IMG/VR virus record: IMGVR_UViG_3300048599_000880
Coordinates: 1 to 61,347 of that record
Length of the DNA stretch: 61,347 nucleotides
Reading direction: 5' to 3' (one strand)
Source: a virus
Taxonomy: Duplodnaviria > Caudoviricetes
The notes under the pieces are model-generated. The model did not search any database. It was not told the origin of the DNA and worked only from the letters and a program-made list of their open reading frames with translations. Each line of letters opens with the position of its first letter. Position 1 is the stretch's first letter. Shown here piece by piece: positions 19,001-27,638 of the stretch. The position numbers were made by a program, and so were the translations under genes.

Positions 19001-19440
19001 GCGCTTCCAGCGCCGGAGCCGCCGCTAGCAGCGGGCGGCAAGACCGTTGGCACGGTACCCCAGCCACCGGTTCCTGTGCCGCCGCGGCTGTACTGCGATA
19101 CACGACGCGCCGCATTGGCGTTGTCGTTGGCGGCCTTCGTGGCTGACGCCGACAGTGTCTGGTAGGCCTTGGCAAGATTCTGGGCATTGGCAGTGGCCGC
19201 CTTGTAGGCAGCATCCGTGGCACCCAACGTCTTCGCGACAGTGCCGTTGTCGTTGGCCACACGAGCGGCAGCAGCGGCCGCGGCCGAGCTGGTCGTGCCA
19301 AGCTTGTTGACGCTGTCGGACAGGCTCTTGACCGACCGCTCCGCCTTCGCGGCCTCGACCGGCATCTTTGCCACTTCCTTGTTGGCCTCGGCGAGTGGCT
19401 TGCTGTCGATGTCGAAGCCCAGGGATGCGATGTCACTCAC
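16042..19440 (-). CDS. Tail tape measure protein
   Basis: About 1130 aa, Ala-rich helical. GTG start with GGAGG RBS. C-terminal FARGGVV...MGEAGPEGIIPLKRG motif. Confidence 0.92.
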   Translation of the reverse strand: MSDIASLGFDIDSKPLAEANKEVAKMPVEAAKAERSVKSLSDSVNKLGTTSSAAAAAAARVANDNGTVAKTLGATDAAYKAATANAQNLAKAYQTLSASATKAANDNANAARRVSQYSRGGTGTGGWGTVPTVLPPAASGGSGAGSAGGAGVGGGPRLASAAAATANAVDAVTTSVARAVIGMVAVAGAIGIAAAGYVRLLAAVNALQDAEELELRRLTTLTGSRELATALYRDIAKAASEAGIGMEVLTERFAQFSRAGAGLGATQKAFLELATTTEKLTLLSGASKGEGDAARGALAKMLKDSTVGAEDLRTVLSSVPQIADRIALGLGISAAQLKLMATDGQLTNKMVFDALLKQTDSVNTEFAKMPRSIGDTFSTMAGDLAQVVKRFANLVPLVREYRLAIEAAAAAAKLLNKGTQPETPEQVISRTAGPVFGGLHPSILNSPGGQKGLREAKQDFAAAIATLMARYEEERGAEGAAQSKIVTDNITNALALANKLDPVGNKFIELHKQIDLAEKAIKDLLSGNALGVANDQIPGLVARITDGIRKLRAEADNAGTAFDQALRKLQSEQSQRERLLTPAQRGLEDRIKAISSQGDVSPDRAAMLGNAQHVQSVTQLVEALEAEADAEEKKTAAMRGGKQAMIDAAVAAAFLAWQMKNVAATTEEAEVAMDVLSERVYAAFAKIEKNRGIQGALGGGRGLQDELNGIAAAMKVVEQGAVAMRRAEAAAKSNKGGLELKVFDARQALTDAVTIANLNSQIDLTNKLAAAAGNLALQKQIQLDYDIKLAQQQAGPAAAAAIAEGMRSKAAADSARAYADIIAQSSEYVASQDIERQALFLSAEAAARLRFEYELLNKLKQAGVELTPSVVAGAQQSAAAMASAQAKTNELRQAIDFAKSTTTAFFTDARNNLQQGQSAWEAFGNAGLNALTKITDKLTQMLVDDLFNRALGGGGGGGGGGGLMSLIGGLFGGGGVSASAPMGIGDIISGAGGLAGGWMPGFAKGAAFRAGNVIPFARGGVVNRPTLFPMASGAGLMGEAGPEGIIPLKRGPDGSLGVANYGRSQASASRVDIYIHDATEMLRLTIDNRADARIIKASPSIIKKATDKSRDEVMPTVDRFKAEREGEWRGAA

Positions 19441-20214
19441 TTGCGCCTCCCTGGTCCTTGGTTGCCGCTTGCTCACGTCGAACGGCCGCCAGATAGGCGG
19501 CATCGACGGCGAACAGGATTCCGATCTCTTCGACGCTGAGCCGCGTCCCGGTCACTTCGCACCAGTCGCGCAAGGCGCCGGGTTGGATTGGATCGGGACC
19601 ACCGAAGCCCTGCGTCCGAAACGCCGAGAGCCGCCAAAACACATCAAGCAGATAGTCAGCGGCCTCATCGGTCTCGACCTCAGGGCTCGGTTGCTGGAAC
19701 CGAGCATTCCGCTCCCGGCGGGTCTCGCCGTTCTCGTCCGGCGTATCGTACCGGACGGTGATCGCTATTCGTCGCCGGAGCCCGTCGGCGAGCTCGGCGA
19801 AAAATTTGTGGTCTTGTTCGCGGCCTCCACGACCTGCGCGAAGATCCAGCCCTGAGCCTCCAGGACTTCGATGGCGGCCTTCATGGACAACTCCGGCGGA
19901 GGAAGCTTCCTGCCGTCGGCGCCTACGCCGTAAGTGTTCGCCTCACCGCTCTTGGGGTCGGTGCCCCAGTCCCATGACGCGATGTACGAAGCCGCCTTCT
20001 CCAGCTCCTCAGCCTCGATCTGCTCGCTCTTCGGCATCTTGTTCTTGATGCGGCGTTCCAGGTTCTTGTTGGTGTGCTTGCGCAGCACGGCCTTGGCGGC
20101 CTCGGACCCGGCGGACCGGATCATCATCGACAGGCCGGTAGGCTCGTCGGTGACGGGGTCGAGGATGGCGAGCTTGAAGAGCAGCTCGTAGTTGACGCGG
20201 CTGGAGAGATCCAA
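19433..20214 (-). CDS. Tail assembly chaperones gpG (19765..20214) and gpGT made by a -1 programmed frameshift
   Basis: Slippery A AAT TTT at 19807..19801. The -1 frame is open through FFAELADG...DVFWRLS... to the stop at 19433. Confidence 0.85.
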
Positions 20215-20266
20215 GGGTCACCTTCTGATGTCGAGAGAGAAAGACGGGGCCGAAGCCCCGCTGTGG

Positions 20267-21049
20267 TTAGGCGGCGATGATCGGGATCGTGCCGAGCGAG
20301 TTCGCGGCGGAGGATGAACCGGCGCCGTTGACGGCCGTCACCTGGACGCGAATGGAGTCGGCGACGTCGCCGACCACCGGCGTGTACTTCTTGGCCGTCC
20401 CGCCGACCGAGACGTTGCTGAAGGTGCCGTTGCCCGAAGCATCGTGCTGCCACTGGTAGGTATAGCTCGTGGGCTTGCCGAGCCATTCGCCTTCCAGTGC
20501 CGTCAGCTCGACGCCGACCTGGACGACAGTACCGACGATCGACGGCTTCACGGTGTTCGTCGGGGGATCATCGGCCTCGGGCGCAACGATGATTTCCTTC
20601 TGGTTGTTGCCCAGCATGAAGGCATCGGTGATGAAGTCCTCCGACCGTCCGCCGGCGCGGGTCGGACCGGTGATGACGCCGCGGCGGTACGTGATGGTGT
20701 TCGTGTAGTCGTCGGACGGCTTGTCGTTGTCCTCGAACTTCATCGCGTAGTTGTAGCGGTTCAGCGGAGCGCCAGCGGTTCGCAGCGCCTGTTGGCCGGC
20801 ATCGGACAGATCGCGCGCGCACTCGATCGGCGTGTTTTGGCCGTCGCTGTTGCCCTTCTGCTTCTGGGTCAGCTCTTCGGCCAGCATGTCGTACTGGACG
20901 ATGTTGGTGTTCACGCCTGATTCGCCCACCGAGCCGACCTTCGCGATCGGTACCCAGACCAGGGCTTCGAACTGCTCCCGAGTCAGGTCATTGGGCTTGG
21001 GCGTCACGCAGATGTACGCGAGTAGGCCTTTCTGGGTATTGGCGGGCAT
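20267..21049 (-). CDS. Major tail (tube) protein with C-terminal Ig-like domain
   Basis: Tube-protein motifs (KQKG, DAGQQAL). C-terminal YTYQWQ...YTPVVGDV..IRVQVTAVN is Ig-like. Confidence 0.85.
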   Translation of the reverse strand: MPANTQKGLLAYICVTPKPNDLTREQFEALVWVPIAKVGSVGESGVNTNIVQYDMLAEELTQKQKGNSDGQNTPIECARDLSDAGQQALRTAGAPLNRYNYAMKFEDNDKPSDDYTNTITYRRGVITGPTRAGGRSEDFITDAFMLGNNQKEIIVAPEADDPPTNTVKPSIVGTVVQVGVELTALEGEWLGKPTSYTYQWQHDASGNGTFSNVSVGGTAKKYTPVVGDVADSIRVQVTAVNGAGSSSAANSLGTIPIIAA

Positions 21050-21157
21050 AAGGGGCTCCATCTATGGGATGGCGGGCGCCGTCCGGCGCTCGCAGGTGCG
21101 GTTGCCCAAGCCGCATGTTGGGCACCACCAGGGGGGCTTATCTGGCGGAGTTCAGTT

Positions 21158-21334
21158 TCATCGAATTGGTCGTTTGATCGTCGACGTGACGATTGAGCGA
21201 TCAGCGCACCCAAACTGCCAAATGTCCGTGGTGGAGATGACGACCTCCAGGCCCGCAGTAGCTGCCTCTTTGATGGCAGCGTTCAAGGCCTCCAGCGCTT
21301 TCGCGACGGCCGCGGCATGCTCTTGGTCGGTCAT
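21158..21334 (-). CDS. Hypothetical small protein
   Basis: MTDQEHAAAV... with GAGGA RBS, between the tail terminator and tube genes. Confidence 0.5.
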   Translation of the reverse strand: MTDQEHAAAVAKALEALNAAIKEAATAGLEVVISTTDIWQFGCADRSIVTSTIKRPIR

Positions 21335-21345
21335 GGCTTCCTCGT

Positions 21346-21756
21346 TCAAGCAAAGCACTCGTAGGACACGCTCACCGGCACATCCCACGACGCGTCGGTC
21401 TTCAGGGCGGGTGCAATCGACGGCGCCTTGGTGATCGTCACCTTGGTTCCCCCGCTGTAGAGGGCGAGGTCGGCCGGGAAGTGCAGCGCGACACGGCCCG
21501 CCAGGTTCGTGGCCGGAGCCGGCCCCTTGTTCAGCGGACAGACCACGGTGAGCTGCAGGATGCCGCGCCGGTGGTGAGGGTCAGAGCCTTTCAGCAGGAA
21601 CCGCTCGGTCGCGTTCGGCAGATGATCGACCCTGAGATAGGCCCCCGTCCCCGGCGTGAAGGCCGTATTCGACCACGCAACCGGAAGAGCGGGCGTCAAT
21701 TCCAGTGTGGCAACGCGCCCGAACAGCGCCGCCTCGATGTTGTCCTCAACAGCCAT
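21346..21756 (-). CDS. Tail terminator-like protein (DUF4128-like)
   Basis: PVAWSN.AFTP...YLRV...RRGILQL motif; synteny. Confidence 0.75.
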   Translation of the reverse strand: MAVEDNIEAALFGRVATLELTPALPVAWSNTAFTPGTGAYLRVDHLPNATERFLLKGSDPHHRRGILQLTVVCPLNKGPAPATNLAGRVALHFPADLALYSGGTKVTITKAPSIAPALKTDASWDVPVSVSYECFA

Positions 21757-21771
21757 GTGCTAGCCTCGTGC

Positions 21772-22020
21772 GTGGCCGATCCCGAAGATGACGACGAGGA
21801 AGCGCTGACCGACGAAGAGGTCTATGACCTGCTCCACAAAGGCCGGCTGCTGTTCTCCAACAAGGTCGTTGAAACCCCTCTCGGGCAAGACGTCCTGCGG
21901 ATCGCCATCCGGCAGATCGACCTTCTGCAGCGTGCCATGATCGGTGTCATGGATGACGTCAGGTTTCCCGACTCTGACGCGCCTCCACCCGACCCTGAAG
22001 AGTCTTCGCCGCCTCAGTAA
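21772..22020 (+). CDS. Small acidic protein on the opposite strand within the tail operon
   Basis: GTG start, VADPEDDDEEALTDEEVYDLLHKG...; fills the gap between two - strand genes. Confidence 0.55.
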   Translation: MADPEDDDEEALTDEEVYDLLHKGRLLFSNKVVETPLGQDVLRIAIRQIDLLQRAMIGVMDDVRFPDSDAPPPDPEESSPPQ

Positions 22021-22435
22021 TGATCTGCGGCCAGCGTTGGGCGGTAAGCCTCACGAAGCCGTTGCCGACCTGGTTGTAGGTGCGGCCGGCACTGTCTTCG
22101 CCCCGAAAGCCATACTCCATGCGCCGCGCATAGACAGCCTGGAAGCCGAGATAGATCCTCCCGCCGAGCTTCGTCTTGGCGATGGTGAGCTTGATGTTCT
22201 GGCTCTTGTCGGCGAAGTCGGCGTTGCCCGCTTCCACTGTCGGCATCTCGGTATTCGACGCGATCAGCGATCGACGCAGGTTGCCGGTATCAACCGGCAT
22301 GTGGCCACCGGATGCCTTGGACTTACGGACCTCGTTCGCCACGGTCTGAGCGCCTTGCCGGAACACCGCCGCCATCCGTTGCTCGGTGTTACGTGCCCAG
22401 TCGCTGAGCTGCGCGCTAAAGCTCCTCTTGGCCAT
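21959..22435 (-). CDS. HK97 gp10-like tail completion protein
   Basis: MPVDTGNLRRS, YARRMEYG and FVRLTAQRWP motifs. Confidence 0.8.
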   Translation of the reverse strand: MAKRSFSAQLSDWARNTEQRMAAVFRQGAQTVANEVRKSKASGGHMPVDTGNLRRSLIASNTEMPTVEAGNADFADKSQNIKLTIAKTKLGGRIYLGFQAVYARRMEYGFRGEDSAGRTYNQVGNGFVRLTAQRWPQIITEAAKTLQGRVEARQSRET

Positions 22436-23520
22436 CACTCCAGCCCTTCGCTGAAATCGATGTCGAGTTCCTGATCGCAGCGGCAGTTGATGATCTCGTC
22501 CAGGCTGGCGCCGAGCGAGGAATCCAGCGGGAACATCAGTCGCGAGCCATTGGGCGACACGAACGGCTGATCAAGGCCAGTCACGGTCTGCCCGTTCATT
22601 TCCTCGTGGCTGTGCCGGACCCGCTTGTCGCCCGCCGAGCGCCACGTCCGGGTGACGGCGGCCGCGGTGTACCCCGCCTTCTCCAGCCCCTGCCGGAAGG
22701 TCTCCAGCGAGGCCGCATGGACCGCCCTGCCGGTCTCGGTTCGCGCCACCATCTCGCCGCGCAATTGGATCGCATTGTCGACGTAGCGGCCGTACATCCT
22801 GGTCACATCCGCCGGCGACGGCGCCTTGCCTGCCGCGATCAACTTCCGCAGCGACGCATCGAACCGCTTGTCGCGCAGCTTCATGTCGAAGACCTTGCGC
22901 ATCTCGGCGGGATCGCCGGAGAGCAGCCGGGTCCGCAAGGACAATGCCGCCTCGGTCTGCGGCGAGCTCATGCCGAGCACACCTCCCTCGCGACGGCCCG
23001 TTGCCGGGTTGATACGGCCCGCCAGATCGAGGGCGATGGTCTTCGGTCCCAGCCCCTTGGCATAGCCATCCAGCACCACCGCGCGAGCCGCCAGCATGGT
23101 GTCGTTGGAAATCCTGGTGATCTCCGTCCCGGCCATATTGGCGATCTCTCGCTCGGCGCGCGGGTTGGCGACATTGAACCGGATGATGACGGCACCACCG
23201 GTCCGATCCTTGAGCCGCGGCATGTTCTTGGCCGTGGCGTCACCGCCGGCGCGATAAGCGCCCTCGAGCGACAGGCGCAGCGGCGCGAAGGCCTCCTCCT
23301 CGATATTGAGCGACCGCAGCGCGCCTTCGGTATCGCGATCGCGGAGTGAATCGACCGCCCGTTGTAGCAGCACCTCCGACTTCAGGTTGTTGACGCTGTC
23401 TTCGAAGCCCTTGCGCACCGAGGGCTCCAGCTTCTCAATCCAGGCCCGCAGCTCGCGCCGCAGCTTCAGCGCATTGGCGCTCTGTTCGGAAACGAGGCGA
23501 AGACCGGGACGGCGGGCCAT
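22435..23520 (-). CDS. Mu gpF / SPP1 gp7-like minor head protein
   Basis: VARTE, WRSAGDKRVRHSH, GQTV and INCRC motifs. Confidence 0.85.
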   Translation of the reverse strand: MARRPGLRLVSEQSANALKLRRELRAWIEKLEPSVRKGFEDSVNNLKSEVLLQRAVDSLRDRDTEGALRSLNIEEEAFAPLRLSLEGAYRAGGDATAKNMPRLKDRTGGAVIIRFNVANPRAEREIANMAGTEITRISNDTMLAARAVVLDGYAKGLGPKTIALDLAGRINPATGRREGGVLGMSSPQTEAALSLRTRLLSGDPAEMRKVFDMKLRDKRFDASLRKLIAAGKAPSPADVTRMYGRYVDNAIQLRGEMVARTETGRAVHAASLETFRQGLEKAGYTAAAVTRTWRSAGDKRVRHSHEEMNGQTVTGLDQPFVSPNGSRLMFPLDSSLGASLDEIINCRCDQELDIDFSEGLE

Positions 23521-23897
23521 CAGGCGGCAACGCCGGCGGCGAAGATCAGGAAGGCGACCGGCGTCCCTGCGGCAGGCTTCGGTTCGATCTTCTTGATGGC
23601 GTGAGAGACGCCGTCGATCGTCAGCCCGTCGCCCATCTTGGGCGTCACCGACGGATGAACCGCGGCCGTCACCAACAGGTCCGACGCCAGGATCAGCGTC
23701 CCATCGACATACTTCGTCGGGACACCGCGCGCCGTGGCATCGAGCGTGAAGCTCGCAGTCGTCTCCTCACCCGGTATCCAGGGCGTCGCCGGGTTCGGTT
23801 CGGCCGTGGTCGTGCGGGTGAGCGTCACGACGCCTTGCTTGAACTCCTTCAGGATGCCCGAGGCGATGCCCTGCAGGTCGGCGTAGAACCCGCTCAT
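23520..23897 (-). CDS. Head closure / head-tail adaptor
   Basis: FYADL...EFKQG, YVDGTLI and PAAG.PV motifs; synteny. Confidence 0.7.
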   Translation of the reverse strand: MSGFYADLQGIASGILKEFKQGVVTLTRTTTAEPNPATPWIPGEETTASFTLDATARGVPTKYVDGTLILASDLLVTAAVHPSVTPKMGDGLTIDGVSHAIKKIEPKPAAGTPVAFLIFAAGVAA

Positions 23898-24436
23898 CCC
23901 CGTTCTGCCCTGCCGAAGAGATTGGCGGCCCGTTCGCCCAACAATGGCGACAGGATGCCGTCGATGACCGTCGAGACCGGGCGCTGGTCCTGGACACCTC
24001 CAGGCGTCGCGTATTTGACGCTGACAGCCACCTCGACCGCGACCTCGCTGATGATCTTGCCGGGAGTGACATCAGGGCTCAGCGAGCCCGGGGCTGCTTT
24101 CTCGCGAACGGCGGCTTCGATGGTGGCCTGCACGATCTCAATCGGCACCGCATCGGGATCAATCGGGTTCGGCGGGCAGAGCGCATCCAGGGCACCAGTC
24201 CGCGGCCATTCCAGCGCCTGGGCCCGCCGGTTCTTGCGATAGCCCGAGAAGCGGCCGCGATAGGCTGCATCCAGCCAGACAGTGGCCCGACGTAGCGCCT
24301 GCTCGGCCAGGGTCGCGTCGGCGCCCGCAATCGGGAAGGTCAGCCCGCGCGAGGTCGCGTAGGCATTGGCATCGGCCAGGCTGACATAGCTGTCGGCGTT
24401 GGCCATGCCGGTGCCGTTCTCGACGATCAAGGGCAT
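23894..24436 (-). CDS. Head-tail connector (DnaT-like family)
   Basis: LIVENGTG..NADSYVSL.DANAY and QALEWPR motifs. Confidence 0.8.
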   Translation of the reverse strand: MPLIVENGTGMANADSYVSLADANAYATSRGLTFPIAGADATLAEQALRRATVWLDAAYRGRFSGYRKNRRAQALEWPRTGALDALCPPNPIDPDAVPIEIVQATIEAAVREKAAPGSLSPDVTPGKIISEVAVEVAVSVKYATPGGVQDQRPVSTVIDGILSPLLGERAANLFGRAERG

Positions 24437-24438
24437 GG

Positions 24439-24882
24439 TCAGGCCTCGTGGCGAAGAGATACGACCGGCAGACCGGACCAAACATCGACGCAGCAGGCGA
24501 TCTCTACAGCCAGCTCGGCCGAGGCGCCGGCATGCATGGCGCCCTGCGCAACGCCTTCACCGCTACCGATCGCGAAGAACTCACTGAAGATCGGGCCGGC
24601 CAGATTGAAACTGTCGAAGCCGTAGTAGCCACTTCCATTGGCCTTGACGGCAAGGAAGGTGAACTTGAGATCGGGCGCCTTGGGGGCGTCCTCTGCTTTG
24701 CCGCCCCGTTCATACCAGTCCAGGATAGCCTCACCGAGGCCGACTTGATTGGTAGAGCATCCGATCAGCGTGCCGTCATCGAGGCGACGTATCTTGACCT
24801 TCGTTCCAAGTGCGCCATTGAAGCCAGCGTAGGCGCGGGAGTCGGCGGCCATGACGCCGGCCCGATAGGCAATGGTCGTCAT
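24439..24882 (-). CDS. Ntn-hydrolase (HslV / proteasome-beta-like) peptidase
   Basis: MTTIAY...AADSR, KI, AIGSG...A.GAM..GAS...AVEIA...D..SG motifs with an N-terminal Thr nucleophile. Confidence 0.8.
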   Translation of the reverse strand: MTTIAYRAGVMAADSRAYAGFNGALGTKVKIRRLDDGTLIGCSTNQVGLGEAILDWYERGGKAEDAPKAPDLKFTFLAVKANGSGYYGFDSFNLAGPIFSEFFAIGSGEGVAQGAMHAGASAELAVEIACCVDVWSGLPVVSLRHEA

Positions 24883-24893
24883 GGCCTACTCGA

Positions 24894-25169
24894 TTACTGC
24901 TGATCCGCCGGCTTCGCGGCCTCGATGGCGGCGATGATGTCGGCCTTCTTGGTGGCCTCGCCGAGGTCGATGCCCTTCTCGGCCGCCAGGGCCTGTAGCT
25001 CCTTGACGGTCTTCGCTTCGAGGCCATCCGGGGCCGGCTTCGCGGCCTCGATGGGCTTGCCATCCTCGCCAACCAGCACATAGGCGCCGGGATTGGCGTC
25101 GTACTTCGCTTTGTCGATGAGATGCCAGCCGCGCGGGCCGTCGCGCTGGACCTTTACGAGACCGTTCAT
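24894..25169 (-). CDS. HeH/LEM (Rho-N-like) domain protein
   Basis: TVKELQALAAEKGIDL..ATKKADIIAAI motif; AAAGGAG RBS. Confidence 0.75.
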   Translation of the reverse strand: MNGLVKVQRDGPRGWHLIDKAKYDANPGAYVLVGEDGKPIEAAKPAPDGLEAKTVKELQALAAEKGIDLGEATKKADIIAAIEAAKPADQQ

Positions 25170-25185
25170 GGTCGCTCCTTTCGAG

Positions 25186-25512
25186 CTATGGGGCCGTCGA
25201 AACCTTGAGGGCGCCTTCGTCGTTCCAAACTGACGAAGCGTCCTCCTGGTCGGCGGTCGGGATGTTGTCGAGCAACGCCTTCTGATCCGCCGTCGGTACA
25301 TTCGCCGCGAAGTCCGCCTCCGCGATGGTGACGGACAAAGCGCCCTGCGTCGTGAACTGGCGCGGCACTACGTAGGGACCGAAGACCGCGGCCGCCGCGT
25401 TGGTGACGCGCCGACCGATTGCCGGGTTCTCAACCTGGCGGATGTAGCCGGAGCCATCGACGATCGAGGCGGTGATCGTGTGGCCGGCCGGCACGACATG
25501 CAGACTGTTCAT
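25186..25512 (-). CDS. Hypothetical virion protein (possible decoration)
   Basis: Follows the coat gene; GAGGA RBS. Confidence 0.6.
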   Translation of the reverse strand: MNSLHVVPAGHTITASIVDGSGYIRQVENPAIGRRVTNAAAAVFGPYVVPRQFTTQGALSVTIAEADFAANVPTADQKALLDNIPTADQEDASSVWNDEGALKVSTAP

Positions 25513-25535
25513 GGCGTCATCCTCGCAAGAACGAG

Positions 25536-25561
25536 GCTGGAGGCAGTTGCCCGCCTCCAGC
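25536..25561 (-). terminator. Stem-loop downstream of the coat gene
   Basis: GCTGGAGGC N8 GCCTCCAGC; weak U tract. Confidence 0.45.
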
Positions 25562-25578
25562 GACGTAGGTTTCAGTCC

Positions 25579-26748
25579 TTAGCCGTGCAGGACGGCGATG
25601 TGGTCCTGCTTGACCGCGCGGAAGCCCCACGCCAGGCGGACGTGGTAGACGACCTGCAGGTACTGCCGGTAGACCGCGATCTCGAACGACAGACCCGAGA
25701 TCGGATCGGTGATGGTGATACGGTCGTCGGCAGCGTCGCCGCCCGGCGGCATGGCCGGCAGGCGGGTGGCCAGCACGATCGCCGAGCGGGCGAACGCAAC
25801 GTTCGGCGTATGGGACGCAACGATCGACATCTCGACCGCATCGGCCAGAGACTGTCTCAGGCCAGGCCCGCCGATGGTGATGTCGGCTTCGACCTCGGTC
25901 GTGCCCGTCACCACGTTGTACTTGTTGGCGTCGTTGGCAAACGTGACCAGGTCGCCGGCCTTGATGCCGGTGGTGTTCACGGTGCCGCCGTCCAGATGGA
26001 TGACCTTGTCGCCGACGGCGTAGCCGCCAGGGTTCAGGTCGACGTCGTACCCGGTGCCGGCACCCGCCACGTGCGGGACGATCGCGTTCGAGTGGCGCAG
26101 GGCAAACTTCATGACGCGATCCGTCATGCCGTTGCGCAACATGTCCTCCCGGCCGGCCTCGTTGACCTTGAAGAGAACGGATTGCTTGCCGCGGAGGTTC
26201 GAGATGGCGTCATGCCCGAGAACGAGCTGCAGATCGCTCGTGGGAGCGCCGTTCTGTTCGAGGATCTTGAGCACACCGGCAAAATCGGTGAAGTCGCCGG
26301 CAGTCCCGAACGGTGCCGTGCCAGCGGTGGCGCCGTAGCCGCGCGAGGCGTTCTTGTAGGCCTCGAGCCAGAGATCATTCTCCATCTCGTTCACCAGGGT
26401 CCGCATGGCCTGGTAGAAGCGGTCGGCCTGGATCGTCGAGAACAGGCCAGAGTTGTTGAGCCCCTGCGTCTCCTCGCCGTTCCAGCGCACCGGAACGTGC
26501 CGGGACTTCGACATCGTCACCTTGACGTTGTCGACCGTGGTATCGCCGGTGTTGGGCGCAGTGACGCCGGGGGTGTTGTCGGCTGCGGCGTGCGCACCGG
26601 TCACCGGTACGATGACTTGCTCACCGATAGCGGCGCGCGCGACACTAGAGGAACGCGAGACAGCCGGGATGAAACCGACCAGCTCGCGGGACACGACATC
26701 CATGGCCTCGAAGAGGTCCGGGATCAGATCAGTCAAAGTGTTGGGCAT
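25579..26748 (-). CDS. Major capsid protein (P22 coat-like)
   Basis: NTLTDLIPDL..AMDVVSRELVG, ITDPISGLSF..AVY and AWG motifs; follows the scaffold gene. Confidence 0.9.
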   Translation of the reverse strand: MPNTLTDLIPDLFEAMDVVSRELVGFIPAVSRSSSVARAAIGEQVIVPVTGAHAAADNTPGVTAPNTGDTTVDNVKVTMSKSRHVPVRWNGEETQGLNNSGLFSTIQADRFYQAMRTLVNEMENDLWLEAYKNASRGYGATAGTAPFGTAGDFTDFAGVLKILEQNGAPTSDLQLVLGHDAISNLRGKQSVLFKVNEAGREDMLRNGMTDRVMKFALRHSNAIVPHVAGAGTGYDVDLNPGGYAVGDKVIHLDGGTVNTTGIKAGDLVTFANDANKYNVVTGTTEVEADITIGGPGLRQSLADAVEMSIVASHTPNVAFARSAIVLATRLPAMPPGGDAADDRITITDPISGLSFEIAVYRQYLQVVYHVRLAWGFRAVKQDHIAVLHG

Positions 26749-26797
26749 CGGATGCTCCAATAGAAACGGCCGCACGCGGCGGCCTGTTGGGTTGAGA

Positions 26798-26846
26798 CAA
26801 TTGGGCCATCCGACCCGGTGCGCCTTCCCTCATCCGAGGTCGGGCG
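26798..26846 (-). promoter_or_regulatory. Structured RNA leader motif (GGAU tetraloop hairpins), copy B, upstream of the coat gene
   Basis: CCTC-GGAT-GAGG, then linker GGCGCACC, then GGGTC-GGAT-GGCCC. Confidence 0.7.
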
Positions 26847-26864
26847 ATTGCATGCTGGAGGGCG

Positions 26865-27626
26865 TCAGTCGACGACCTTGAACCCTTCCTTCATCTTGGC
26901 TTGAGCCGCCGCCGGAGCAAGCGCCTCGAAATCCTTGCGGCTGATGGTCTTGTCGCCATTGCCGCCGCCATTACCGGGCCGCGCACCGGTGCCGCCGCCG
27001 GTACCCCGCAGGATCGATTCCTTGTGCGGGTACTGGTCGACCAGGATCTCCAGCGCCTCGTCGAACTCGGCCGGCTCGCCGTGCTTCACGCGGCTGTAGA
27101 TCTGGTTGCCGTCGGCGCCCTTGGCGACGATCTTGCCGCCGTCGATGCTGAAGTGCTTGCCGAAGTGAGACAGCGCTAGATCGGCCGGGATGGCCAGCTT
27201 GGCCTTGTCGCCGACGATCAGCGAGGAACGCGCGAACGCACCGCCAATCTTCTCGCCGTAGAGGTCGGACTTCAGCTTGTCGCGCTCATCGATGACGGGC
27301 TTGTACTTCTCCTCGACCGAGGCGATGGCCGCGGCCTTCACCTTCTCGACCTCGCCGGCATCCACCAGCTTCTTGTCGTCGAGGTTCTTGACCGTCTCCA
27401 GGGCCTTCAGCGCGGCCGTGGGGTCGGTGATGCCTTCGAAGGTCTTCAGCGCCCCCTCGGCCTTCTCGGCCCGCTCACGGTGGCCCTTGGCCTCGCCATT
27501 GAGGCGGCTGATCGTGGAAAGCGTCCCCGGCGCGTCGAATGCGATCTCCTTGCCGTCGTCGTGGACGTACACGGGCTTGCCATCCTGAACGACCACGCGG
27601 CCGTCAGCGTCGAGCTTCAACTTCAT
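26865..27626 (-). CDS. Capsid scaffolding protein (DUF6651-like)
   Basis: MKLKLD.DG..VVQDGKPVYVHDDGKE, LNGEAKGHRE and YPHKESIL motifs; position between portal and coat. Confidence 0.85.
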   Translation of the reverse strand: MKLKLDADGRVVVQDGKPVYVHDDGKEIAFDAPGTLSTISRLNGEAKGHRERAEKAEGALKTFEGITDPTAALKALETVKNLDDKKLVDAGEVEKVKAAAIASVEEKYKPVIDERDKLKSDLYGEKIGGAFARSSLIVGDKAKLAIPADLALSHFGKHFSIDGGKIVAKGADGNQIYSRVKHGEPAEFDEALEILVDQYPHKESILRGTGGGTGARPGNGGGNGDKTISRKDFEALAPAAAQAKMKEGFKVVD

Positions 27627-27638
27627 CGGTGGTCCTTT

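Noticed and set aside
22435-23520. MuF polymorphic toxin
   Set aside because: The protein ends shortly after NCRC, with no C-terminal toxin extension and no immunity gene.
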